The notes below the pieces were generated by a model. That model saw nothing but the letters and a program-made list of their open reading frames with translations, was not told where the DNA came from and searched no databases. From Alphaproteobacteria bacterium (GTDB taxonomy: Bacteria > Pseudomonadota > Alphaproteobacteria > UBA6615): a stretch of DNA of 64,000 nt. The translations under genes and the position numbers were made by a program. The stretch spans positions 1 to 64,000 of the forward strand of contig CBDHEC010000018.1 of the NCBI GenBank assembly GCA_965261975.1, written 5' to 3'. Positions 21,193 to 30,293 of the stretch are shown here, one piece after another (position 1 is the first letter of the stretch; each line of letters opens with the position of its first letter).

Positions 21193-21591
21193 CTACTCCG
21201 CCGCCTCCCGGCGTGATTCAAGCTCCGCCAGGCGTTCCCGGCAGCGGGCCGCATACTTATCCATGTTCGAGATCGCCGCATCCAAATCACGGCGCTTGTC
21301 CTCAAGCATCTCTCGTTTCTCATCGAGTTTCTCAAGCATCGTCCGCAGTTGAAACGCCTCCCCCTGGGGTGCGGCATAGAGGTCGATGATCTCCTTGGCC
21401 TCGGCAAGAGAAAAGCCCAGCCGTTTACCCCGAAGCACGAGTGCCAGCCGCACCCGGTCGCGCCCGGAATAGATGCGACGCTGGCCCTCGCGCGCCGGCG
21501 CGATCAGCCCCTCCGCCTCGTAATAACGGATGGTGCGCGGGGTGATGTCGAACTCCCGGGCAAGGTCGGATATCGAGAAGGTTTGCTCCAT
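21193..21591 (-). CDS. liuR: MerR-family regulator LiuR
   Basis: FSISDLAREFDITPRTIRYYE, RGKRLGFSL. Lies directly upstream of ivd/liuA with a cognate palindrome. Confidence 0.9.
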   Translation of the reverse strand: MEQTFSISDLAREFDITPRTIRYYEAEGLIAPAREGQRRIYSGRDRVRLALVLRGKRLGFSLAEAKEIIDLYAAPQGEAFQLRTMLEKLDEKREMLEDKRRDLDAAISNMDKYAARCRERLAELESRREAAE

Positions 21592-21598
21592 GCCCCGT

Positions 21599-21626
21599 AG
21601 TTTACGTTAACGTAAACGTCAGTCAA
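21599..21626 (-). promoter_or_regulatory. LiuR operator overlapping a sigma70-like promoter (probably leaderless)
   Basis: Perfect palindrome GTTTACGTTAACGTAAAC at 21600-21617 matches the LiuR consensus TTTACGTwwACGTAAA. Minus strand reads TTGACT-16 bp-TAAACT, then 7 nt to the ATG. Confidence 0.85.
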
Positions 21627-21668
21627 TAGAGATAAGAATCCGACCCCATAACTATCTGTTTTCATTGA

Positions 21669-22145
21669 TTATCCGTGGTCGCGGAGGAGCCTGGCTTTTT
21701 GTCGATCCCAGTCACGTTGTTTCTCGGACTGGCGCTTGTCGTATTTGCGCTTGCCCGACGCGATACCGAGATCGACCTTGGCGATGCCGCGCTTGTTGAA
21801 ATAGATCGACAAGGGCACAAGGGTCACGCCGTCACGATGGATCTCTGCGAACAGTCGGTCCATCTCCCGGCGGCTCACCAGCAACTTGCGCGGCCGACGC
21901 TCCTCATGGGGGAAATTTTTCGCCGGTGCATATTTCGGGATATAGCTGTTGAACATCCAGAGCTCGTCGTCACGTTCACCGGCCCACGCATCCACGAGAC
22001 TCCCCTTGCCCTCGCGCAGGGATTTCACTTCCGGCCCCGTCAGGACGAGCCCGGTCTCGATATTGTCTTCGATCGAGTAATCGTGCCGCGCCTTGCGGTT
22101 CTGGGCCGCAATGGTGCCCGGAGGCGCGTGTTTCTTTCCGGCCAT
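21669..22145 (-). CDS. smpB: SsrA-binding protein SmpB
   Basis: NRKARHDY, GLVLTGPEVKSLR, RKLL and GKRKYDKR motifs. Confidence 0.97.
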   Translation of the reverse strand: MAGKKHAPPGTIAAQNRKARHDYSIEDNIETGLVLTGPEVKSLREGKGSLVDAWAGERDDELWMFNSYIPKYAPAKNFPHEERRPRKLLVSRREMDRLFAEIHRDGVTLVPLSIYFNKRGIAKVDLGIASGKRKYDKRQSEKQRDWDRQKARLLRDHG

Positions 22146-22166
22146 CGACCCTGCGATACCGCGCCG

Positions 22167-23045
22167 CTAGTTGAGCAGCCCGGCCGACACCATCGCGTCG
22201 CGGACCTGCTTCTGGGTGTTTTCGTTCGCCGGTGTGAGCGGCAGGCGGACATCCATCGTGCACTTATCCAGCAGCGAGGTCGCATATTTGACCGGCACCG
22301 GGTTCGGCTCGACGAACAAGGCCGTGTGCAGCGGAAACAGCCGCGCGTTGATCTCCAGCGCGCCCTTCGCGTTCCCCGCCTGCCACGCGTCATGCATCTC
22401 GGCGCAGGCGCGCGGTGCGGCGTTGGATGTCACGGAGATGCAGCCATCGCCGCCATTGGCCAGGAACGACATGACGGTCGCATCCTCACCCGACAGCATG
22501 CAGAAATCCTCGCCGATTTCCTGACGCATCGCCAACGGGCGGGTCAGGTCCGCCGTCGCGTCCTTCACACCGATGATATTCGGGCAATCCGCCGCCAGTC
22601 GCGCCATGGTGGCCGTGGACATGTCGATCACGGAACGCGGCGGGATATTGTAGATGATGATCGGAATATCGACGGCATCGGCGACGGTCTTGTAGTGGGC
22701 ATAGAGCCCATCCTGCGACGGCTTGTTGTAATAGGGCGTCACGATCAGGGCCGCATCCGCCCCCGCGCCCTTGGCGTGTTCGGTCAGCCGCACGCATTCT
22801 TCCGTCGAATTGGAACCGGCACCCGCGATGACCGGGACGCGCCCGGCCGCAGCCTCGATGCACATCTCCACCACCCGCTCATGCTCCGCATGGCTGAGCG
22901 TGGGCGATTCCCCGGTCGTTCCGACCGGAATCAAACCGTCGGTGCCCTCGTCGATCTGCCATTCGACGAGCCCCTGATATGCTTTCTCGTCGACCTTGCC
23001 ATCACGAAATGGCGTTATCAGTGCGGTCATCGATCCCTTGAACAT
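22167..23045 (-). CDS. dapA: 4-hydroxy-tetrahydrodipicolinate synthase
   Basis: [34 protein letters not shown] and PNPVPVK motifs. Start MFKGS at 23045. Confidence 0.95.
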   Translation of the reverse strand: MFKGSMTALITPFRDGKVDEKAYQGLVEWQIDEGTDGLIPVGTTGESPTLSHAEHERVVEMCIEAAAGRVPVIAGAGSNSTEECVRLTEHAKGAGADAALIVTPYYNKPSQDGLYAHYKTVADAVDIPIIIYNIPPRSVIDMSTATMARLAADCPNIIGVKDATADLTRPLAMRQEIGEDFCMLSGEDATVMSFLANGGDGCISVTSNAAPRACAEMHDAWQAGNAKGALEINARLFPLHTALFVEPNPVPVKYATSLLDKCTMDVRLPLTPANENTQKQVRDAMVSAGLLN

Positions 23046-23223
23046 ATCGGCTCTCCTGCCCGCCAAGTGCGGGCGCTGCAACAATTGCGCGGACGATAAC
23101 GGCTCGGCTTTGCCCGAACAAGGCGCAAACCACGCGAAAAATCTTTCCAAATTGACACGATACTGGTCAGGCGCAGGACGCATCCCTACACTCTCGGGCC
23201 TGAAAACAGCCTTGGATTCGCAC

Positions 23224-25203
23224 GTGTTCGTACGCCCCATACCCCGACGCGCTCTCGCACTAGTGGCTGCGGCCATGGTCGCATCCGGGTCGGCCCTCAA
23301 CACGGCAGATGCCTCCGACAAGAACGCCCGGGACCTGATCGCCGCCGCAGAACAGGAAAACTGGGCCGCCGTCCGGCTCCATCGCGACCGCGGCGTCGAG
23401 CCGCTCGTCGCAAAATACGCGGCCTGGCTCGACCATCAACAAACCAACACCAAAAGCAGCTTCAGCGAGATCACCGCGTTTCTCACCGCGAACCCCGACT
23501 GGCCGCGCGCAAATGAACTGCGCCGCAACGCCGAGGAAGCCATCGACGAAACGGTTTCGCCGGAGGCCGTGCGCGGCTGGTTCAGGGATCACCCACCCAT
23601 ATCGGGCGCCGGCGCATTGGCACATCTCGATGCCCTGCAGGCCAACGGCGATCGTGAACAGTTGGCCAGCCTCACGCCGCGTTACTGGCGTCAACTCAGT
23701 ATCGATCGTCATACCGAAGCCGACTTACTGCGTCGGCACGGGACACATCTGGGGAAAGACGACCACCGGGCGAGGCTGGACCATCTGATCTGGACCCAGA
23801 ATCACGGGGCGGCCCAACGCATGCTGCGGCGCGTCGATGCGCAAACGGCCGCATTGGGCCGCGCCCGGATTGCCTTGCTGCGACGAAGCGCCGGCGTGGA
23901 TGGGGCCATTGCCAGGGTCCCGGACAAGCTCCGCGACGCGCCGGAACTGTGGTACGAGCGGCTTCGCTGGCGCCGGCGAAAGGGCAAGGACGACAGCGCA
24001 CGGGATATCCTTTTTGAATTGTCGGGCATTCGCCCGCAGCCCCACAGATGGGCACAGGAAAGCCAAATCCTGGCGCGCCGGGCACTCGCCGACGGGCATT
24101 ATTCCGAGGCCGCGCGCACCGTCACCGGCCACGGCCTCTCCCGCGGCGCGGCGTTTGCGGAATCCGAATTTCTCGCCGGCTGGATTCAGCTCTCATTTCT
24201 CAAAACCCCGACTGTTGCCGAGAACCATTTCGCCACGCTTTATGAGGGCGTGCGCTATCCCATCAGCCGTGCGCGCGGGGCATTCTGGAAAGGGCGGGCA
24301 GCAGCCGCCCGCGGCGAACAGGCACACGCACGCGAATGGTGGCAGCGCGCCGCCGAACACCCGTCGACCTTCTACGGCCAGCAGGCGCTCTTGTCGCTCG
24401 ACACCCAAACGCCGCGATTTGCCTTCGCCCGACCCTCCGACCCACAAGTACGCGCGGCGTTCGTCGCGCACGAACTTGTCGTCCTGGTCCAACGGCTGCA
24501 TGCGCTGGGCGCCGATGCCAGCTTGCGGACATTTCTTCTGCATCTCTCCGGCCTGGCCGACAATGTCGACGAACGCCTTCTCGTCGCCCAGTTGGCGCAG
24601 GAAGCCGATCGGCCGCGTGAAGCCGTGCGGGCGGCGAAACGCGCCAACCAACTGGACAACATCATCGCCGCCGCAGGGTATCCGCTTTGGCCCCTGCCCA
24701 AACGTGACATCGACACGCCGCTCGAAGATGCGCTTGTGCTGTCGGTCATCCGACAGGAAAGCGGCTTCGACCGGACCGCCATCAGCCGGGCGGGGGCACG
24801 GGGCATGATGCAGTTGATGCCGGCGACGGCCCAGCAAGTCGCAAAGGGGCTTTCGCAACCCTATAGCCGCTCTCGATTGCTTACCGATCCCGGCTACAAT
24901 ATCCGCCTGGGCAGCGGCTATCTGGAACAGATGCTGGAGCGGTTCGACGGATCCGCCCCCCTCGCGCTCGCCGCCTACAATGCCGGTCCGCATCGCGTCG
25001 TTCGCTGGGTGCGTGAATATGGTGATCCGCGGTCGGGTGAAATCGACATGCTCGACTGGATCGAGACCATTCCGTTCAGCGAGACGCGCAACTATGTTCA
25101 GCGCGTCCTCGAATCCGTGCCCGTTTACCGCCACCTCCTGAGCGACACGCAACTCGCCGAGACCGGCGCCATCCCGATTTTCAAGCAAACGCCAAACCGA
25201 TGA
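23224..25203 (+). CDS. slt: Soluble lytic murein transglycosylase (Slt70-like)
   Basis: [24 protein letters not shown] and ETRNYVQRV motifs, with a signal-like N-terminus. Start is uncertain (GTG 23224). Confidence 0.9.
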   Translation: MFVRPIPRRALALVAAAMVASGSALNTADASDKNARDLIAAAEQENWAAVRLHRDRGVEPLVAKYAAWLDHQQTNTKSSFSEITAFLTANPDWPRANELRRNAEEAIDETVSPEAVRGWFRDHPPISGAGALAHLDALQANGDREQLASLTPRYWRQLSIDRHTEADLLRRHGTHLGKDDHRARLDHLIWTQNHGAAQRMLRRVDAQTAALGRARIALLRRSAGVDGAIARVPDKLRDAPELWYERLRWRRRKGKDDSARDILFELSGIRPQPHRWAQESQILARRALADGHYSEAARTVTGHGLSRGAAFAESEFLAGWIQLSFLKTPTVAENHFATLYEGVRYPISRARGAFWKGRAAAARGEQAHAREWWQRAAEHPSTFYGQQALLSLDTQTPRFAFARPSDPQVRAAFVAHELVVLVQRLHALGADASLRTFLLHLSGLADNVDERLLVAQLAQEADRPREAVRAAKRANQLDNIIAAAGYPLWPLPKRDIDTPLEDALVLSVIRQESGFDRTAISRAGARGMMQLMPATAQQVAKGLSQPYSRSRLLTDPGYNIRLGSGYLEQMLERFDGSAPLALAAYNAGPHRVVRWVREYGDPRSGEIDMLDWIETIPFSETRNYVQRVLESVPVYRHLLSDTQLAETGAIPIFKQTPNR

Positions 25204-25889
25204 CCGATCAGCGCATAGAGAATGTACAAGCCTGCGTTTTCGACGCTTATGGCACCTTGCTCGACTTCACCTCCGCCGTCATGCAATGCCGCGACGAAAT
25301 CGGTGATGACGCCGAACGTCTCTCCGACATCTGGCGCCAGAAACAGCTCCAATACACCTGGTTACGTAGCCTGATGGGAACGCACGCCGACTTCTGGCAG
25401 GTCACGGGGGAGGCGCTGGATTTCGCATTCGCGGCAACCGGGATCGATAATCCCGATCTGCGCGCGCGGCTCATGGCACTCTACCGCGAGCTCGACACAT
25501 TCGCCGAAGTCACGGACACCCTCACCCGCCTCAAGGCCGCCGGCATGAAAACCGCAATCCTGTCGAACGGATCGCCGGATATGCTGAATGCCGCGGCTGT
25601 CGCGTCGGGCATCGATGTCCTGCTGGACGCCATACTGAGTGTCGAGGACGTCGGCATCTACAAACCCGATCCCCGGACATATCAGTTGGCCACAGACGGG
25701 CTCGGCGTGGCTGCGGAAAACATCTGCTTTATGTCATCCAACGGTTGGGATGCCGCGGGGGCCGGCGCCTTCGGGTTTCGCGTCGTCTGGGTCAATCGCT
25801 ACGGCCAGCCGGTCGAACATCTTCCGGCCAAACCGGACCTCGTTCTGGAAACGCTGACACCGCTTCCCGCTGTTCTGGGCCTCTCATAG
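25200..25889 (+). CDS. Haloacid dehalogenase type II
   Basis: FDAYGTLLD, WRQKQLQYTW, LSNG, YKPDP and SSNGWDAAGA motifs. Confidence 0.92.
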   Translation: MTDQRIENVQACVFDAYGTLLDFTSAVMQCRDEIGDDAERLSDIWRQKQLQYTWLRSLMGTHADFWQVTGEALDFAFAATGIDNPDLRARLMALYRELDTFAEVTDTLTRLKAAGMKTAILSNGSPDMLNAAAVASGIDVLLDAILSVEDVGIYKPDPRTYQLATDGLGVAAENICFMSSNGWDAAGAGAFGFRVVWVNRYGQPVEHLPAKPDLVLETLTPLPAVLGLS

Positions 25890-25891
25890 AC

Positions 25892-26878
25892 ATGACGACA
25901 CCCGCTCCCCCTACCCTCGCCGATATCGAGGCGGCGGCGGACAGACTGGCCGGCGTTGCTGTCTCCACCCCGCTGATCGAGAGCCCCGCGCTCAACGCGC
26001 GCACGGGCGGGCGTGTACTACTGAAAGCTGAGACCCTGCAGCGGACCGGTTCGTTCAAGTTTCGCGGCGCTTACAACTTCCTGTCCCAAATACCCGTAGA
26101 AGCGCGCAGGCTGGGGGTCGTGGCCTTCTCGTCGGGCAACCACGCCCAGGGCGTTGCCGCAGCCGCGGAGATTTTTGGCGTGCCAGCGACAATCATCATG
26201 CCGGCCGACGCACCGCAGGCAAAGGTCGACAACACCCGGGGGTTCGGCGCAACGGTCGTCTCGTATGACCGTCAAAACGAATCTCGCGAAGACATTGCCG
26301 CGGCCATTGCCGAGAAATCCGGCGGCACGCTGGTCCCCCCCTTCGACCACCCCTGGACGATCGAAGGTCAGGGCACCGTGGGCCTTGAGATCGCGTCCCA
26401 ATGCGCCGCCCTTGGCACCCAGCCCGACGAGGTCCTGGTCTGTTGCGGGGGTGGCGGCCTTACATCCGGGATCGCCATCGCGCTGGCGGACCGCAGCCCT
26501 GTGTCCCGGATCAGGGCAGTCGAACCGACCGGTTTCGATGACGCCATGCGCTCACTCGCCGCCGGACAACGCCTCTCCAATGCGGCCGGCCCCTCATCGA
26601 TCTGCGACGCTTTGCTGTCACCGAGCACGGGCGAGATCACCTTCGCTGCGATGCACGACCATGGCGTTACCGGCCTGTCGGTGAGTGACGACGATGTCCG
26701 TGCCGCCATGACCTACGCCTGGCGCACGCTCAAGCTCGTGCTCGAACCCGGCGGCGCCGTGGCGCTGGCCGCCATACTGTCGGGAAAGACCGAAACGAAG
26801 GATAAGACAATTGTCGCCATTCTGTCGGGCGGCAATGTGGATGCAGCGCTCTTCAGCGCATGCATCGAAGCCGGCTAG
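25892..26878 (+). CDS. PLP-dependent threonine/serine dehydratase (serine racemase-like)
   Basis: KAETLQRTGSFKFRGA, SSGNHAQG, CGGGGL and LSGGNVD motifs. Confidence 0.9.
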   Translation: MTTPAPPTLADIEAAADRLAGVAVSTPLIESPALNARTGGRVLLKAETLQRTGSFKFRGAYNFLSQIPVEARRLGVVAFSSGNHAQGVAAAAEIFGVPATIIMPADAPQAKVDNTRGFGATVVSYDRQNESREDIAAAIAEKSGGTLVPPFDHPWTIEGQGTVGLEIASQCAALGTQPDEVLVCCGGGGLTSGIAIALADRSPVSRIRAVEPTGFDDAMRSLAAGQRLSNAAGPSSICDALLSPSTGEITFAAMHDHGVTGLSVSDDDVRAAMTYAWRTLKLVLEPGGAVALAAILSGKTETKDKTIVAILSGGNVDAALFSACIEAG

Positions 26879-27261
26879 CTCTTCTCGCCGACGACGAGAT
26901 TGAGCCGGGACTGCTGCGCATCACGGCGCAGTAGCTTGCCTTCCATATAGGCGCCAGCCTCGATCGAAAGTTCTTCATGCTGGATATCGCCAGTAACCCG
27001 GGCGCTTGCCGAGAGGCTGACGCTGCGGGCACGAATTTCACCGGTGACCGTGCCGTGCACGTGCACGGTGTCACACTCGACCTCGCCGCGCACCTGAGCG
27101 CCACGCCCGATGGTAACTTCCGCACAGCGGATATCACCTTCGACGGTTCCATCGACCTGCATCACGCCGTCGCCGGACAGATTGCCCGACACATTCATGT
27201 CTGCGCTGATGATCGAAGGCACACCGCTGCCAGCCCCCGGTCGGTCAGTTTTTGAAAACAT
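26875..27261 (-). CDS. Bactofilin (polymer-forming cytoskeletal protein)
   Basis: PSIISADMNVSGNL and beta-helical VDGTVEGDI/VHGTVTGEI repeats, with N-terminal MFSK. Confidence 0.92.
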   Translation of the reverse strand: MFSKTDRPGAGSGVPSIISADMNVSGNLSGDGVMQVDGTVEGDIRCAEVTIGRGAQVRGEVECDTVHVHGTVTGEIRARSVSLSASARVTGDIQHEELSIEAGAYMEGKLLRRDAQQSRLNLVVGEKS

Positions 27262-28702
27262 ACTGCCCTGCCTTCATGAAGTTCGCCGGATCATTCTGAC
27301 GCCCATCGACCAGAATCTCATAGTGCAAATGCTCGCCGGAGCTGCGGCCCGTGTTGCCGACAAGGCCTACCTTTTCACGAAAATCCACTTCCTGACCACG
27401 CTTGACGAAAATTGCCGACAGGTGGCCGTAACGCGTGCGCACGCCCAACCCGTGATCGACTTCCACCATCTTGCCGAAGCCGCCCTTCCACCCCACAAAG
27501 GTAACGATACCAGGCGACGTTACACGCACCGGCGCACGCCGACGGCTGGCCAGATCGATACCGGAATGGAATGCCAACCGTTTGGTGAACGGATCGACAC
27601 GGCGTCCGAAGTTGCTGGTCACCCGAAATTCATCGAGCGGTGCTGCGAGCGGCAGGTGCTCCATCAGGGACTGCAGGCTTTGCAGGTCGTCAATCCGGCG
27701 TTCGACCGTGGCCAGTTGCACGGCAAGTCCGCCGCCCGGGCCGCTTTCGATCTCGTCGGCGTCAATCGACAGATAAGGGCCGCCGACGCCACGCCCCTCT
27801 CCCGCTGCGCGCGCCATCCGGTCCAGCAGGCGGTCCACATCCAGCCCTGCCAGGTCGAGTGTTTTGCGCAACGCTTCACCGCTTTGATCGGCGGTCTCGC
27901 CCAGACGCGACACGATACCAACCTGGGCGGTCTCGAGAGATTCGAGCCTCGCCGACAGGTCTGCCACCTGTTCGCCGAGCGCCTCACGCTGCGTGGCGAC
28001 TGCAAGTTTCTCATCTTCCGCATTGCGCAGCCGCTGATCGCTCGCGTTCAGGTCCGCCTGAAGATCAGCCCGTGCAATCTCGATCGAGACGACATTCGAT
28101 TTGAGTTCGGCGAGCGCGTTCCTGGTCTCCGCCAACTGGGCACTGAGCGCCAGGCGCGCCTCCTCCGTGGCCGCGAGTTGATCGGCACGGTCGGCCAATT
28201 GTTGCCGCATCTCGTCGCGCGAAAGCGCCAGAACTTCGGACTCCGCCGTGATCCGCGCCTTGGCTTCCACTTCGCTCAGATAGGACAGCGCGAGCGCATC
28301 GCCGCGCAGTTTCTGTTCATCGAGCGCAGCCCGGAGTGTTGAAACCTCGTTGGACAAAGAGCGGTTGGATGTTTCCAGGTCGACGGTCGTTTGCTGGGTC
28401 GCGGTCAACGAGCGCCTCTGTATATCAACGCGGTCGCGCACCCGCGCCAACTCTTGAGCAAATTGTGCATTCTGGTCGCGGAGTTCAGAAATCTGGGCGT
28501 TCCGGTCGGAGACGATGCTGTTGTGCGAGGTGAACTGCACGGTGGAGAAGACCGTCCAGGCAACCGCCGTAACCACCAACATGGCTGCGCCAATCTGGAA
28601 ATTTCGGCCGACCCGCAGATACCGGACATGGCCGCCGGAGCGCACGATAAGTTCGCGCTGTTCCGGGAACAGTTTGCCCAGCTTCTTTCGCGCTGCGATC
28701 AC
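27245..28702 (-). CDS. Membrane-anchored coiled-coil M23 peptidase (LmdC-like)
   Basis: N-terminal TM, long coiled coil, FHSGID (HxxxD), YGHL and HLHYE. Overlaps the bactofilin start. Confidence 0.9.
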   Translation of the reverse strand: MIAARKKLGKLFPEQRELIVRSGGHVRYLRVGRNFQIGAAMLVVTAVAWTVFSTVQFTSHNSIVSDRNAQISELRDQNAQFAQELARVRDRVDIQRRSLTATQQTTVDLETSNRSLSNEVSTLRAALDEQKLRGDALALSYLSEVEAKARITAESEVLALSRDEMRQQLADRADQLAATEEARLALSAQLAETRNALAELKSNVVSIEIARADLQADLNASDQRLRNAEDEKLAVATQREALGEQVADLSARLESLETAQVGIVSRLGETADQSGEALRKTLDLAGLDVDRLLDRMARAAGEGRGVGGPYLSIDADEIESGPGGGLAVQLATVERRIDDLQSLQSLMEHLPLAAPLDEFRVTSNFGRRVDPFTKRLAFHSGIDLASRRRAPVRVTSPGIVTFVGWKGGFGKMVEVDHGLGVRTRYGHLSAIFVKRGQEVDFREKVGLVGNTGRSSGEHLHYEILVDGRQNDPANFMKAGQYVFKN

Positions 28703-28833
28703 CCCTAAACTCCCCTCGCCGTATCAGGCGCATTCCCCGTCGTATTACGCTGCCAAGTTAAGTCCCGACTTACGCGATCGGACCACTGGCTGGCCAGCCT
28801 CAAATGCGATGCATTCGAAATCCAATATCGCCC

Positions 28834-29502
28834 TCAATCTTCGATATCGGCCGGCTCCAGCACATCACTAACACCGATCATCGCGTCGCGCGTGACCAGT
28901 TTCGCGAGTTTTTCCTGGTCCCAACCGTCCGTCCCATCGGGGCGCTGCGGCAGAACCAGATAACGCAAATCAGCATTGCTGTCGTGGACGCGAACCTGTT
29001 TTTGATCGGGAATATTGGTGCCGAATTCCTGCAAAACAGAGCGCGGCTCGCGCACCGCACGAGACCTGTAGTCGCGACGCTTGTACCAGGCCGGCGGAAT
29101 ACCGAGGACTGGCCGCGGATAGCAGGAGCATAGCGTGCAAACGACCATATTGTGGACGTCGTCGGTATTCTCGACCACGCACAGCTCGGTCGGGCGCATA
29201 TCGATGCCGAAATCCATCAGCGCCTGATCGCTATCGGTCATCAGCATTTCCTTGAACGCCGGATCGTCCCAGGCGCGGGCCACGATCTTCGCGCCCAACG
29301 CCGGCGTGCGGCTCTCGACCTGGTCAATTGCGCGACGGACATCGTCGGACGAAATAACGCCTTTCTCGATCAGGAGCTCGCGAACCGATGTCTCGAGGAT
29401 CTGCGCCTCGAGAGACGGCAACGGGTCCTCCTGGATCGGCTTGCCGTCATGGGTGTGCGTCGGATGATCGTGGTCGTGGGAATGTTCGTGCGTATCGCTC
29501 AT
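28834..29502 (-). CDS. Co-type nitrile hydratase alpha / thiocyanate hydrolase gamma-like subunit
   Basis: Metal claw VVCTLCSCYP, GAKIVARAW and RYLVLPQRP. His-rich N-terminus HEHSHDHDHPTHTH. Confidence 0.92.
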   Translation of the reverse strand: MSDTHEHSHDHDHPTHTHDGKPIQEDPLPSLEAQILETSVRELLIEKGVISSDDVRRAIDQVESRTPALGAKIVARAWDDPAFKEMLMTDSDQALMDFGIDMRPTELCVVENTDDVHNMVVCTLCSCYPRPVLGIPPAWYKRRDYRSRAVREPRSVLQEFGTNIPDQKQVRVHDSNADLRYLVLPQRPDGTDGWDQEKLAKLVTRDAMIGVSDVLEPADIED

Positions 29503-29524
29503 GTCATCACCAATCTGCATGCGC

Positions 29525-29809
29525 CTAGGCAGGCGCGAGCCAATGTTCGTAAATCTCGATCTCGAGCGTGTCGTCTGCCGGACCCTCATAATCGCCCCAC
29601 AGCTCGTCCTGCCTGAAGTTCACGCGGTAGAGCATCTTGTAGGGCAATCCCGAATGGCCGACCGCAAGCAGCTCCGGGTTGGGAAACGAGCCCACGATGC
29701 GTTCGATCACGCCGGTCTTGCCGCGCACATACATCGGCGTGCGCACATGGCCGGGCTGGTCACGATGCAGTACCTGAACCCGATCGCCGGGCTGAAACCT
29801 AGGATCCAT
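29525..29809 (-). CDS. Nitrile hydratase beta C-terminal SH3-like subunit (thiocyanate hydrolase alpha-like)
   Basis: FQPGDRV, GHVRTPMYVRGKTG, LYRVNF..ELW and IYEHWL motifs. Confidence 0.88.
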   Translation of the reverse strand: MDPRFQPGDRVQVLHRDQPGHVRTPMYVRGKTGVIERIVGSFPNPELLAVGHSGLPYKMLYRVNFRQDELWGDYEGPADDTLEIEIYEHWLAPA

Positions 29810-30125
29810 TGCCGTCCGCCTCCAGGCGCGTCTGGACCTCGGCCTTCTTGGCTTCGAGTTCTTCCTGTGAATAGACACCCTTCTCGAGCATCAGCCAGGA
29901 AATCGCCTGGAGCCAGCGCTCGTAATAGGGATATTTGTGATAGTCGTCGCCCAAGGCCTCCTGCATCCGGCGCGACTCGTCAACGCGCGCCAGACGCCGG
30001 CGCTGATCGAAGAGCAACATCATCATCGCGTCGACCGACTTTTCCCAGTGGGTCGGCACATGCTCATGCTTATCGGGATCGACCGGCCCTGCCGGCATCC
30101 CTCCGTAATCTTGTGGACCGCGCAT
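29799..30125 (-). CDS. Nitrile hydratase beta N-terminal subunit (thiocyanate hydrolase beta-like)
   Basis: GPQDYGG, WEKSV, DESRR, YYERW and LEKGVYSQEEL motifs. GAGGGGAG RBS before ATG 30125. Confidence 0.85.
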   Translation of the reverse strand: MRGPQDYGGMPAGPVDPDKHEHVPTHWEKSVDAMMMLLFDQRRRLARVDESRRMQEALGDDYHKYPYYERWLQAISWLMLEKGVYSQEELEAKKAEVQTRLEADGNGS

Positions 30126-30293
30126 TCTCTCCCCTCGCGTGGTGCGGGCGGCATTTTCGGGGTCCTGCCCGGTCAAGGCAAGGACTTCGTTAACGAAACT
30201 GCGCAAATGACGCCTGTATCCCTATCCCTTTATATTTCCTCAATAAATACTCATCAGAATGGGCCGGGTCAGAATCTCCGGAGTCCTCGTTCC

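Noticed and set aside
21627-22166. tmRNA gene or integration site near smpB
   Set aside because: No ssrA-like sequence, att repeat or integrase is visible.
29450-29502. His-rich low-complexity repeat as a separate repeat element
   Set aside because: It is the coding N-terminal His tract of the hydratase metal subunit.
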